A stretch of DNA of 63,763 nucleotides, counting the filler, from Octopus bimaculoides (taxonomy: Eukaryota), in assembly GCF_001194135.2 (NCBI RefSeq). It is 6 parts of 5 records of this genome, joined end to end, with 100 filler letters (N's around TTAATTAATTAA, not from the genome) between each part and the next. Parts side by side here need not be neighbours in the genome. Positions count along the whole stretch, not along the records: positions 1 to 29,422 come from NC_068985.1; 5 more parts are not named here. One strand, 5' to 3'. Below are positions 11,801 through 24,124 of this stretch, piece by piece; position 1 is the first letter of the stretch, and the number at the start of each line of letters is the position of its first letter. The notes beneath the pieces are model-generated. The model was not told the origin of the DNA and ran no database searches. It saw nothing but the letters and a program-made list of their open reading frames with translations. The translations under genes and the position numbers were made by a program.

Positions 11801-13049
11801 GAATAAATGTGGATGTGGAGTGACTTTGATGAACTGGGTGAAGAATTGATAAAAAAAAAACTAAGGGTTTTTTTTTTTGTAGTTGGATGGGGACATTCTG
11901 GTTGCCGTGGTTACCTAGAACCTGTTGGTTGAACTCGAGAAATGAAGAATCAATTGGGAGAGTGGGTGAGTTCAATGAGACAAAGAAGAATAGGGATGCT
12001 GGGTATAAGACGATACGACGAACATTGCGCGCTAAAGCCTGCGAGGTTTCTCACTCAAACTGCGGTCATAAACGCTGCTTTCGATTCTTACACAGTCCAG
12101 CAAGTATTACCGGCGCATATGCTCACTCACACTTCTTTCTCTTCTAGCTACCCGTTCAAAACAGTCTTCTACATAAGTAACCATTAACACAATGAGATTT
12201 TGTACTATCTTGCTGTTTTCTTTAGTTTCAAATATCTGCATCTTTAGTCTTTTAGCTAAGTTTGTTAACAGATAGTAATCTATAACGTAACGTAACGGAA
12301 CTATTGAAGTATCAGGTTTAAAAACAAAATAAGTTTTATTGTTTACACATTCTACCAGAAGGTTTAGTATAATGACTTTATCAAAACATCGCCATACGAA
12401 AATAATCTTATTCGTTTAATTTGATTTCGTGTCGTCTAGAATCAATGTAGTGTAGTAATTGTTCTTTCAGTAACCGGTTGTTCAGGAACCACATGGAAGA
12501 CTATGCTTTGCTGAGGAGGTACAATAAGACCGAAAGATGTGCAGAGTTGTCGTCCTCCATATCAAAGATCACTCTTTCTTTGTATGTTCTCATTCAGTTT
12601 GTAATGAATTTGAATTTAGCGCTATTATTGCTTATGTTAACTTTTCAATACTAGTCTATTTACAATTGATTACAAAATTCTTTCTGGTTCACTTCATAAA
12701 GTATTTTAGCCCATACTTATATGTTCTTCATGCAGAAACTGTCCATGTGAAATTTTTCCCATGTCGTCATATTGGAAAAAATGGCTTACAGTTTTTCGAA
12801 AGACGAGTAAACTTTATTTGTTTAATTTCTGAAATGATTTGCTACACCACTAGCAAATATCAAATGGACATTAAAACGTTTGTGGTGGATCAGCATCTGA
12901 GGAATGGAATTTAGTAGAGAGAGAGAGAGAGAGAGAGAGAAAGTACAAAATCTCATTGTGTTGATGGTTACTTATATAGAAGACTTTGTTATAAACGGGT
13001 GGCTAGAAAAGGCAGAAGAGAAAGGACGGACCACACAGATAAATACAAA

Positions 13050-13084
<35 letters not shown>

Positions 13085-13738
13085 TAAATATATGTGCCGG
13101 TAATATCTGCTAGACTTTAAGAATCGAAGACCCTCTGGGTCTAAGAGAACGTCGGAGATGTGGATTCCAATCCAAAGGGCAGCCTTCGACTTTTTCTGCC
13201 TGAAAGGCCTTCGACCCAATATTTACACGCTATTATTGTTTTGTTTGCTTCGAGGTTCACCGGTCCTAAAAAGATATGTGTGTGTGTTCCTACAAGTATT
13301 TGTATTTCCACTGGTTCTTGTTTACTCTCTACGTGTTAATGACCTTCGACTTAACAGTTCACGCAATAGAATCGATAGTGAGTAACATACTAAAATAAAT
13401 ACTGGAATCGATATGATTGACTAAACTCTATGACGGCATGGCACCCGTCCAAACACTGAAACCATATATATATATATATATATATATATATNNNNNNNNN
13501 NNNNNNNNNNNNNNNNNNNNNNNNNNNNNNNNNNNNNNNNNNNNNNNNNNNNNNNNNNNNNNNNNNNNNNNNNNNNNNNNNNNNNNNNNNNNNNNNNNNN
13601 NNNNNNNNNNNNNNNNNNNNNNNNNNNNNNNNNNNNNNNNNNNNNNNNNNNNNNNNNNNNNNNNNNNNNNNNNNNNNNNNNNNNNNNNNNNNNNNNNNNN
13701 NNNNNNNNNNNNNNNNNNNNNNNNNNNNNNNNNNNNNN

Positions 13739-13930
13739 CCGGGCCACCGCTTAACGACCGGTGCTGGTTTGTTTACGTCGCCGTAACTTGGTGGTTCAGC
13801 CAAGAGAGCACGATAGAATAAGTACAAGGCTTAAAAGATAAGCATTGAGGTCGATTCCTGCGACTAAAAAGTTCTTCAAGGCGGTGCCCCAGCATGGCCG
13901 CGGTCTAATGACTGAAACAAATAAGATACA
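13739..13930 (+). mobile_element. SINE S2 3' half
   Basis: ccgcttaacgaccggtgctgg...ggcggtgccccagcatggccgcggtctaatgactgaaaca. Confidence 0.8.
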
Positions 13931-13943
13931 AGTGAAACAAAGT

Positions 13944-14310
13944 GGAGGTGCAATGGTCCAGTGGTTAGGGCAGCGGACTCGCGATCACAGGATCGCGGTT
14001 TCGATTCCCAGACAGGGCGTTGTGAGTGTTTATTGAGCGAAAACACCTAAAGTTCCACGAGGCTCCAGCATGGGTTGGTGGCGAACCCTGCTGTACTCTT
14101 TCTCTCACTCTTACTTCCTGTTTCTGTTGTGCCTGTAATTCAAAGGGTCAGCCTTCTCACACTGTGTCACGCTGAATATCCCCGAGAGCTACGTTAAGGG
14201 TACACGTGTCTGTGGAGTGCTCAGCCACTTGCACGTTAATTTCACGAGCAGGCTGTTCCGTTGATCGGATCGACTGGAACCCTCGACGTCGTAAGCGACG
14301 GAGTGCCAAC
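13944..14310 (+). mobile_element. tRNA-derived SINE family S3, near full length
   Basis: A-box TGGTCCAGTGG, B-box GGTTTCGATTCC, 3' end cgtaagcgacggagtgccaac. Confidence 0.9.
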
Positions 14311-14319
14311 ATTACAATC

Positions 14320-14776
14320 TGCATGTTAACCCATAAAACCAATGCTGTCTAAGGCAAGGGCCGCCTCTTTTAGGCTTGCAACAGAATGGCATCATTGTCG
14401 TCGCATATGTTGCTATCAAACCGCGAAGAACTAAAATAAATACCCGCAAAATTTCTCGTCTAACAACCTGACAATTTACTATACATGTAGCCGCCCGTGA
14501 GCGTGGCATTTTGAGGGCATTCTTCGTTCTTTTCATGAAATTTTGGTATGTCACTGTCGTCTTTTCCGGTTTTTATCTCAATTTACTTTCATTTTTAAAA
14601 AATATTATTTACTTTCACTTTCTGTAAATTGCATGTTTAACCTATAAAGCCAATGCTGTCTAAAGCAAGGGTCGCCTCTTTTGGGCTTGCTACAGCATAG
14701 CATCATTGTCGTAGCATGCATTGCTATCAAACTGCGAAGCGTTAGAATAAATACCGCAAAACATGTGTAACAACCT
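14320..14776 (+). repeat. About 150-bp direct repeat pair (14320-14469 and 14630-14776)
   Basis: tgcatgtt(t)aacc.ataaa.ccaatgctgtctaa.gcaaggg.cgcctctttt.ggcttgc...taacaacct occurs twice. Confidence 0.9.
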
Positions 14777-14859
14777 ATTCACTAGCCTCAATCCACCACC
14801 CTGTGTACCCAATGTAGCTTTTTTTTTATCGACCCCAAAAGAAAGAACACATAAGCAAT

Positions 14860-15085
14860 ATGGAGCTATGGCAAAGAACGAATCCAGTTTCGATTAGAGA
14901 GCAAATATTTAAGAAAAAGTGGAAGTGGATTGGTAGCACAATTAGAAAGGACACACCAAATGCAGCGAAAAGTGATCTACAGTGGAATCCGAATGGATGT
15001 AGAAAGAGGGATAGGCCTAAAAACTCGTGGCGTGAATAAACACAAAAGGAACTAGAGAAAGGGGGACATTCATGGCAGAGTATAA
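14860..15085 (+). mobile_element. RTE-clade LINE RT C-terminal fragment
   Basis: Manual translation ELWQRTNPVSIREQIFKKKWKWIGSTIRK...LQWNPNGCRKRDRPKNSWR. Confidence 0.7.
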
Positions 15086-15669
15086 GTACAGAAGCGAGAA
15101 ATTATGCGACATGGAATTCAATTATAAGTGGTCTATACTCCGCGTTGGAGGGTTAAAGGCAAGAAGAAAAGAAAGAAAAGTAAAGTTGACCTCAGTAGAA
15201 TTTGATTTTGCAGAGAATCGGAACAAAATCTACCAAGCATTCAATCCAGCTTGCTAAACTTTCTACCTTTGTGCTTTCTTCCAGCCAGCTTACTTTACTG
15301 TGTTCTTTTTGCGATGATTTCGTTGTTAATTATAGAACAAACTAGTGAATATACAAACTGTTATTGTACTATTTCCATCCCCTACTCTCAGACTTGTTTC
15401 CATTTCAGCCGCGAGACGAAATAATCAGGAAATAAGCTACTCTGAGGATTAACAAAAGCGGTTTCTAAACGACCAACTGTAAACAATAGAGGTCGCATCA
15501 GAAAATGTCTGCTCTTTATTCCACACACGCGTTTATTAACACTGTCACCCTGTCAGTCTATCTATCCCACCCTCGTTCCTTTCCTCCATCATCCACACTC
15601 CACCCTTCCCACGGTTCTAATCCACCCACCCCCACTTTCTCTCTCTCTCTCTCAGTCTATCCCCTCTCT

Positions 15670-15930
15670 ACTAGCCTCTATGTGAGTGTACACACATACA
15701 ACACACATACAACGCGCACACACACCACACATGCAACACACACACACCACACATGCAACACACACACACCACATACACCACACATACACACCCACCACCA
15801 CACACCACACACACATCACACACACACCACACACACGCACTCAACACACACACACTCTATACACACACACACACATACAACACACTCCACACACCACACT
15901 CAACCACACGCATACACAACGCACACATAT
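15670..15930. repeat. Cryptic CA-rich microsatellite
   Basis: Interrupted (CA)n/(CAC)n tract. Confidence 0.95.
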
Positions 15931-16756
15931 ATAGTACATTAATTTTAACAGTGAAGCTATTTTTTCCCTGCAAACCTACAAAAAGAATCAACTCTTTACA
16001 TCTGCAGATAAATATAAATATAACAAGATAGAAACGGCCATGTCAATTGTTTGCCCAATTCCAGGCTATTTAATTCCATTGACTGCAAATAAAATACATT
16101 TAAAAAAAGCGAAAAATCACCAGTATTGCTTTATACAACGGTTCTCATTGTTACTCTGTACGTCTATAAACAAGATGCCTACCAAAACACACACACACAC
16201 ACACACTATATCGTTTTCTGGTCTTTCAACTGAAGCGTCTACACAAAGAATTCATTCTTCTTTGAAAATATGTTAGTTCATAAAACTTTTCAGTTCTATA
16301 TGCGATTCCAAATGACCTTGTTTATTATTGTTGTATCATATCTAGTGAGGTTTTAAAAATAAAAACTAGGTTTCATAAGCAAATTGCATAAAGTGATACC
16401 ATCACTTTCGCTTTTTCTGTTAAATAAGGTTGAATATATTGCCAAGCCGAGTGAAATAAACTTCGAATAACATCAGTTTCTTTGTGTTATCGTCTTTGAG
16501 AGAACACACACACGGCACGTGCTATAAATTAATACTCAGATTAGACAGTAGATGTCAATAAATTGTCAACAAAGCTCTTTTATCATTATACTCCACCGAG
16601 CCGCACATCATTTGGTACAGAGAGCACAAAAACAAATTTCTAAATTTCGTTTCTATTTTATTGATCATCGCAGTCTGCTAGGTTTTTCTGCATTATATAA
16701 GTATTATATATGTAATAATTGAATTATATAGTATGCGCTTCATTGAATATTGTTAT

Positions 16757-16832
16757 GCGATCCCCTCGGCCTGTGGAAAAATTGTTTTGCATGAAACCGG
16801 TCTGTGATGCAAAATGAGATTGGAGATCGCTG
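16757..16832. mobile_element. Short hAT (Charlie-like) MITE remnant
   Basis: gcgatcccc...ggcctgtggaaaaattgttttgcatgaaaccggtc...ggagatcgctg. Short TIR; internal sequence resembles MER1-type ends from memory. Confidence 0.45.
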
Positions 16833-18384
16833 CATTATGGAACAATATATAAAAATGACTACAAAAATTGTTTACATCTTTATAAGTATATTCAATATAC
16901 GTGGATTATATTTGTGTACACATGTAAGCAATCGCAAACTTTATTATAGTAGATACACATGGATGGTAAACCTAACCCGTTCCCTAGTTAAATTCTCCCA
17001 CCTGACATCTAAGGTGCCTTTAGCGAAGTCTGTTCTGTTGCAGGGATTTTCGTCAGGTCTCCACTTTCAGGATACCTTCCTACCTCCCATTAGACTCGGA
17101 GGTCTCGTAGACGATCGTGGACACTGCCTTTTCCTCCTGAATAAAAAACAATACATTTGTATTTACGTATTCACAGAAATATGAGAGAGAGTGTGTGTGA
17201 GTTGAAATTTACAGAAAACAAAATACGACGACCGAGGGAACGATAAACAGGTGTGTTAGTTTGTTGCTCGGGAAGAATGGAAACAACGTCTTTGAGGTTT
17301 CGAGCCTACGTTCTTCGACAGAAAGGGTTGAGATTTTTTTTAATTGGAGAGAAAACGAAAAAAGATAGAAAAATATGTGTAGGAATTAACGGTTCGACGA
17401 TAAAAATTATATATATATATATATATGTGTGTGTATATATATATATATATANNNNNNNNNNNNNNNNNNNNNNNNNNNNNNNNNNNNNNNNNNNNNNNNN
17501 NNNNNNNNNNNNNNNNNNNNNNNNNNNNNNNNNNNNNNNNNNNNNNNNNNNATGTATATAATCTTCAACAGCCTCGACCGAAATGAGTTTGCCGCCACGC
17601 CATGCAGTAAGTTCTGCTCTCCGTTACTCCGTCTTCAATTTCATGTATATTTTTGCCAATAATATCAATGTGGGATATTATTTTCTCTTGGGATACCAAG
17701 GTTCGATTGAGTATTTAACATGTTCCTTATGTCGATACTATCAAATGTCTTGGAGAAATCCACGAATACAATTGTCTTTTGTTTGAAGATTCTTCTAAAC
17801 GAAAAGATCTGCAATAGTGCTGAATTTTTTATGCGGAAATCATTTTGATATTATCATGAAATGGGGATCAATATGAAGGAAAGATCTTTAAGGAGCAGAG
17901 AATAGTGTATCTTTGAGGCTTGAGGTGAGAGTCTTATTACTCTGGTTCTGAGGCAGATATCACTTTTCAGGAACGGAATAATTGAAGCTTTCCAAAAGAT
18001 TGTTGGCTACTTCCATTATAGGAGGACTCGTTACAGAAGTTTGATTGATGTCTACTGAAGGACCCTTCTAGATTATGGCTGTGATATTCCATAGAACTAG
18101 TGTTTCGATGTACACTCAAATTAATACTCACATTATATATAGACTCACGAATATGTGTATGTGTGAGTACTCATGAATATTTGTGTGTATGTATGTATGC
18201 ATGTGTATATATATATATATATATATATAAGAAGAATATAAAATCCTCCTAAAAGGATGTTGGCATCCAAGTTCACCGGTTTTATCCAGTGTATCGGTGA
18301 AAAACCAAAAATGTTATTTCACATTGATATATATATATATATATATACATATAAAGAAATGTCAACAATATACAGCTAAGACTA

Positions 18385-18840
18385 GTCCCTGGAGCGAAAG
18401 CGGAAGAAATATGCAGTAATGTACATCTGGAAGATCTTGGAAGGGATTGTACTAAATGTTGGCATTGGAAGCTACACAAATTCCAGAACGGGTGCCACTG
18501 CACAGTGCCAAAGATCCTAACACGGCCGTCGTGCTTCTGGATCAGTTACTGCAACAGCCTGGGTTTCAAAGGCACACAGCTTTTTAATATTCTCCCAAAG
18601 AGCCTGGGGGACCTATACAAAGTGGATGTAGATGTTTTCAAGACAAAACTAGATCTCTTCCTGTCGAGAGACCCAGATGAACCTACCTCGTGGCAGGAGG
18701 TGCAAATGAGAGCAGCGACATCAAACTCTTAGTCACCAAATGCCACGTATCCGAGGAGGCTCTCAATAATAACAGTGTAGCAACACGGCGGCGCCCCAGC
18801 ATGGCCACAGCTTTAGGCTGAAACCTATAAAAGAATAAAA
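18385..18840 (+). mobile_element. 3' end of a CR1-group non-LTR retrotransposon
   Basis: LERKRKKYAVMYIWKILEGIV, YCNSLGFKGTQLFNILPKSL...FKTKLDLFLS..PDEP...RAATSNS*, then a short 3' UTR and A-rich tail. Confidence 0.8.
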
Positions 18841-19780
18841 GGAGGTCATTTAGTATTTAGCCTACATCTATTGTTTGTATAGACATGTTGCCTTATTTCG
18901 TAACTCCTTAAGTTTCCATTTGAACTCGCTACTCGATAATATATGTTGTAAAGGTATAAACAAACCACTTCCAGATTTCATTTTATCTACCTTTACAAGT
19001 ATAACCAGGTAAAAAGTAGATACGTAACTATAAAAGCAGGTGAACATTTTCTCGCTATAATGAAAACAGGTAGCTACTTTTTAACAAGAAAATTCTCGGG
19101 ATGACTTAAATATTTTGACCGATCTATATCAGATTGCTGTTTAGACATCTGAAAAGAGAGAGAGGGCGATCGTATTTCCTGATAATGTGTATGTGAAGAG
19201 CTCTCTTTGTTGTTTTTCTTTCTTATATTGAGAGCGGGTCGTGTCTAAAGCTCTCCCGACATTTCTAGACTGAAGGACAAAGTGGAGAAGTTGATACTTC
19301 AACAGTTGATTTCTCCCATTGCACCGAATCTATAGCCCCGTATCGATTTGTTGTTCGTTCTCCCAGACCTTTCTAGAGGACTACAAGAGGGGAATGCGAA
19401 GTTAATACTTTTAGTGAAGAAAAAAACTCCCACTGAAATGAATCCGTAACATGACCTTGAATTGTAGTTAAAATATTTTCATTTTACCTACACTTCTTGT
19501 AGCTTTATTGTGCGTAATATCATACGTTTCCTCTAAATTTGTAAATGTGGCCTTCCTCTCTTGAAATAAAATACTCAAGTCATGCACCCAATTAATTTAT
19601 CTGTCAATAATATCTCTGTACAATTTATAGTATTGTGTTCGACCTTTCAAGTAACTCTGAGTATAATATAAATGTTCTGATCGCCTTAGTTTCAATTCTA
19701 GCACTGCTATTTCTGTGTAGACAAGAAGATTAATGATTTTTCTCTTAAACTACTGAAATAATTTCATTACTTGATATTAA

Positions 19781-20000
19781 CCCTTTAACATTCAGATTAC
19801 TCTTTCAAATGAAAATCTTATTCATTAACATTGTTTGAATTAATTTTGCGTTCTCACATAGCTTTGAGCTTTCTATGATGTGATTGTTTATTTTTAGAAT
19901 GTCATTTTTGGGGTAGATGTGAGAGGCCGGATCTGGCCAGTTTGAACATGAAACAGGTAGAATATCTGGGCCAGACATGACCAGTTTAAATACTAAAGGG
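19781..20000. mobile_element. piggyBac-type MITE
   Basis: TTAA|CCCTTTAACATT ... AATACTAAAGGG|TTAA: TTAA target duplication and CCC/GGG termini. Confidence 0.8.
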
Positions 20001-21341
20001 TTAATAAATAAACTGTCTTGCTAAAATATGTTTTGAGTTCATATCTTAGTACTGTATTTCTATGTGTCTCTGGGTGGAACGTTTAAAATTTATTAGCTTA
20101 GTTCAACTAAAAATCTGGAATAGGTGTAAGATCTTTAAGAAAATCTGTCTGCAGTAAATTTGTGTTTTTATCTAGGCTATATCACTCATCAGATTAATTT
20201 TTTTTATATAATACTTACGATAGATATGTCTTAAGGTCTATGGAAGCTGCAATTATTTAGATAGCTGAACCGGAATCTATATCCAGATTTCCCCCATTTG
20301 CTATCAGTTAAAGCGTTCATTTCCATAAACAACTCTAATTTACAATGCATTATAGCATGGAGTTAGAGCCTCTGAGAGAAATGTTGCCAGGCGGAACAAG
20401 ATCCACTTTGGGGCCATCGGAGATGGGGCCTCTTAAAATGCAAAGGACTTTAAGTTTTTCATTTTAGAGTCGAACTTATCGGATATTCATGAACCTATCC
20501 TTGACTGAAATCCAGACTCAATTTACCGACTGAATCTGCGACCCCTTCTTACAGGTTCTGTCTGTAATAAAAGAGTCGCAGTTAAAGCATTTGTAATTTA
20601 GATTAAGGTACAGCCCTGGACCGATGTACAGAGTTCTCTGCCCCTTCTCATAAGCCCTACTCGTAGTAACACGCTTCAGTTACAATTAAAATATTGGGAA
20701 CGCTTAGATTAAGATACCTCCTAGACCGATGTACCGACTGAATCCTCCATCCATTCTCATCAGCCCTACCTCTAGTAACTGGCTATTGTAGTGCTTACAT
20801 TGAGATACAATGTCCAAATATTCTAAAATGTTCACTCAGTGGCAGTTAACATCTTAAAACAATCACGGTGAATTTTTAGTATTGCAATGTATTAGTTATA
20901 GCAAATGAAGAGTACAGACTTCCTTTTTCAAGGATATCATTTTGATGGTCGCCGCCCTCAGATAGCAACGGTCTCCTAATTATATAATAACAAATGTTAA
21001 CGACTTACGTATCACGTCCAGCAAATTATGATGACTACATTTTATGTGCTTGTTATATTGGATTGTGCTTTGAATTTGCCAAGCCCTTTATTGAGATAAG
21101 AGCAGTATTTATTTTTAGAGAAACCTTATTCAGTTCCAATGCAGCAATTGCTGAATGACTTCGAAAGTGTGTAACGTGGCGGAGATGACTAACAAATTCA
21201 TATTTGTTATAAGCCCACATTGAGAAGCGTAGCTATAAATATTTCGAGTTATTTAATCCTATCTGCCGCTCCTATTGCAAAATTACATAGATGAAATACA
21301 ATAAGACTATTTAAACATTTGTTCTATATTTCTAATTTCAG

Positions 21342-21616
21342 AAGCACAAATTCCAATAATGATGGATGCCAAAGAAGCAGCAATATCTGTAAAAGATTAC
21401 TATGCAGCACTTAAAAATGCCTTAAAACCTTATAAATTCGATCGACAACCACCAACGCCACAACTTTTGATAAAAGCCCAAACAACAGCCAATGATCTTC
21501 GCTCTGTTTTACCTCGTGACCGGAAGGGCAGAGCACTACCTTATCCAAGATATCGACCAAAAGAAGAAATCTACAGGAAAAATGATTTCGGAAAGACGGA
21601 TTCCCACGCCAAAAAT
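21342..21616 (+). CDS. Exon of hillarin/LTD-1/KY-like transglutaminase-fold protein (N-terminal region)
   Basis: Acceptor tctaatttcag, open frame ...AQIPIMMDAKEAA...ALPYPRYRPKEEIYRKNDFGKTDSHAKN, donor aat|gtaaaa. Joins the next exon in phase 0. Confidence 0.75.
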
Positions 21617-22370
21617 GTAAAACTTCAATGTTTTTGATTTTATCTTTTAATTTCTTTAAAATTTCTTGTTTTCTCTTTAATTGCTTTCTTTTCTACTTTC
21701 ACTCCTCACAACTTATACCTCTCCCCCTCTCATCTTTTGCTATGGATTTCCTGGTTGGATGCCTGTAGTATAGTAGTAGTAGTAGTAGTTGTAGTAAAAA
21801 GGAGGCGAAGAAACCTAAATTAGCAAGCAGCTTGGTTGATTTATTAATAATAAGTTCAATTCCTGGCAATTACATCTTTTTATGACATTTTCCGATAAAA
21901 GAAGAGCAAAGATAAATAGATTGTCAGACTCGTTCGAACGTCGGACAAAATGCCTTTCTATGAATATTAAAATATCAAGGCTCTTTGAGTTCCGACGTTA
22001 ATCCTGTCGAGGCGAACTTGGTCGATAAAGTACCAAGATCAAGTACTAGGGCCAATATCTCTCTCTCCCCTCTCTCTGTATGCGCGTATGTGTGTGATGT
22101 AAGGGTTTAGTTGCTGAACTCACAATCGATATGTCGTGGGCTCAATTTTCAGTACAGGTGGCATTTTGTTTCACTTTATTTCCAGCTACTAAGCTGAATA
22201 TGAGTAGCAACAAAGCTGAGAGGTTAACCGTGCGATGGACTGGCGGTACTATTCAAAGGTGGAAGGCCATCTTGCACTGTTGGTCACCTAAAAGGAATCC
22301 GAGACCGAAATTTTGTTTTACTCTCTAGCACCGCTTGACAATCGGCATTGGTTTTGTTTATGTCACTATA

Positions 22371-22531
22371 GGCGCAGGAGTGGCTGTGTGGTAAGTAGCT
22401 TGCTTACCGACCACATGGTTCCAGGTTCAGCCCCACTGCGTGGCAGCTTGGACAAGTGTCTTCTACTATAGCTTTGGGCCGACCAAAGCCTTGTGAATGG
22501 ATTTGGTAGACATAAACTGAAGGAATCCCGT

Positions 22532-22566
<35 letters not shown>

Positions 22567-22796
22567 ATGTATGTATGTATGTGCGTGTATATGTTTGTGT
22601 GTCTGTGTTTGTCCTCCAACATCGCTTGACAACCGATGCTGGTGTGTTTACGTCCCCGTAACTTAGCGGTTCGGCAAAAGAGACCGATATAATATGTACT
22701 AGGCTCACAAAAAAATAAGTCTTGGGGTCGATTTCTTCGGCTAAAAGGTGGTGCTCCAGCATGGCCGCAGTCAAATGACTGAAACAAGTAAAGAGT
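22371..22796 (+). mobile_element. tRNA-derived SINE family S2 with central (TA)n microsatellite, full length
   Basis: GGCGCAGGAGTGGCTGTGTGG head, GGTTCAGCCC B-box, ttggacaagtgtcttctactatagc body, 3' end ggtgctccagcatggccgcagtcaaatgactgaaacaagtaaaagag. Confidence 0.9.
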
Positions 22797-22982
22797 ATAA
22801 CTTAGCAGTTCGGTTAAAGGAAATGCTAGAATAAATGTATTAGGGTTGATTTCACCCTTCAAGATTGTGCCCCAGTTTGGCTGCAGTTCTATGATTGAAA
22901 CAAGTAAGAGGGCAAAAAGTTCTTCCTTTCAGAAATCCATGAATCATTTTCTATGACTCCTTTCTTTTATCTTCTTTGCAAG

Positions 22983-23215
22983 GCACCAAAGAACTTGTTG
23001 ACGACTGAACTAGAAGAACTTGTCCAATATTTAATTTCGCCATTTGCTAATGATGAAGTTGCCAAAGTCCGAGTTATTTTCCGTTGGATTACCGAACAAG
23101 ATTTGGAGTCGTATCAGATTCAAGGCAATACACCGATTAATAGTCCGGCCCGTTACTTAAATGAGCTAAAAGAAAGTAAAGGCCGCTACGATATATTCTT
23201 CAACGACATGTGTCG
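22983..23215 (+). CDS. Exon of hillarin/LTD-1/KY-like protein (start of transglutaminase-like core)
   Basis: Acceptor cttctttgcaag, frame APKNLL...KVRVIFRWITEQDL...KGRYDIFFNDMCR, donor tgtcg|gtgagt (phase 2). The KVRxIFRWIT motif is typical of the KY/hillarin/Cyk3 family. Confidence 0.88.
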
Positions 23216-23947
23216 GTGAGTAGCCCCCACCTTTTTCTTTTTTTTATTTTTGGTAAATTTTATTTTACAAAAGATGGATTCTGATTTAGGAGTTTTGAGG
23301 GGAAGATATTTGCCGATACTATCACCCCCACCCATACTAAGTAGACTGAAGTTTTGTTTTATTGTCCCTTTAAGGATGAAAAACAAAGTTAACCTTGGTA
23401 GAATTTGATCTCGGAATGTAAAGAAGAATTCTATTGAATACACCATTTATTTTATCAAACATAAAACGATTAGAACCCACCTTCATCCTATAATATATAT
23501 ATATATATATATATATAAAACTCTTCGAAACGCTTAGTTTAGAATAGGGGCAGCTGATGAAGGAAATATTCTCTATGTGGCCTGTTTGTTTTCTGAGCTC
23601 TGTTTATGTTCTGTTTTTCATATTGTCCACGTTTTTTTGTGACGTCCTGTACCCAGATATGCATCTATATACACATGTAGATGTAGGTATGTACATACAT
23701 GTACGTGTATATGCATATACTCACATATTATTTGTATTAATATTATTATTATAATATATATATATATATATATATTCAATATACAGAGATGCCTATAATA
23801 GGACATCTAACCCTCTAGAAAGAGCAGCAAAAAACTCTATACCACAAAATTAGGGATAATTTCGGAAGGGAATGAATGAAAAATAAAAACATTTACCACT
23901 GGTAGTAAATAAAATTTCTAAAAATTTTTTTGCTGCCCTATGATTTA

Positions 23948-23979
<32 letters not shown>

Positions 23980-24086
23980 NNNNNNNNNNNNNNNNNNNNN
24001 NNNNNNNNNNNNNNNNNNNNNNNNNNNNNNNNNNNNNNNNNNNNNNCTTTAACACAACTTACAAGGCAAACATGAACACACACAGA

Positions 24087-24123
<37 letters not shown>

Positions 24124-24124
24124 G

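Noticed and set aside
12537-12914. 125-aa hydrophobic ORF
   Set aside because: No recognisable motif or splice context. The opposite strand looks like a stop-riddled relic that I could not assign.
16804-17184. 126-aa ORF
   Set aside because: It starts inside a hAT remnant and has AT-rich low-information composition with no motif.
23521-23570. Hammerhead-like motifs GAAAC...GTT and CTGATGA (similar partial motifs at 17285-17325 minus and 52490-52505)
   Set aside because: Stem I cannot form and stem II has only about 3 weak pairs. At most these are eroded Penelope-type termini.
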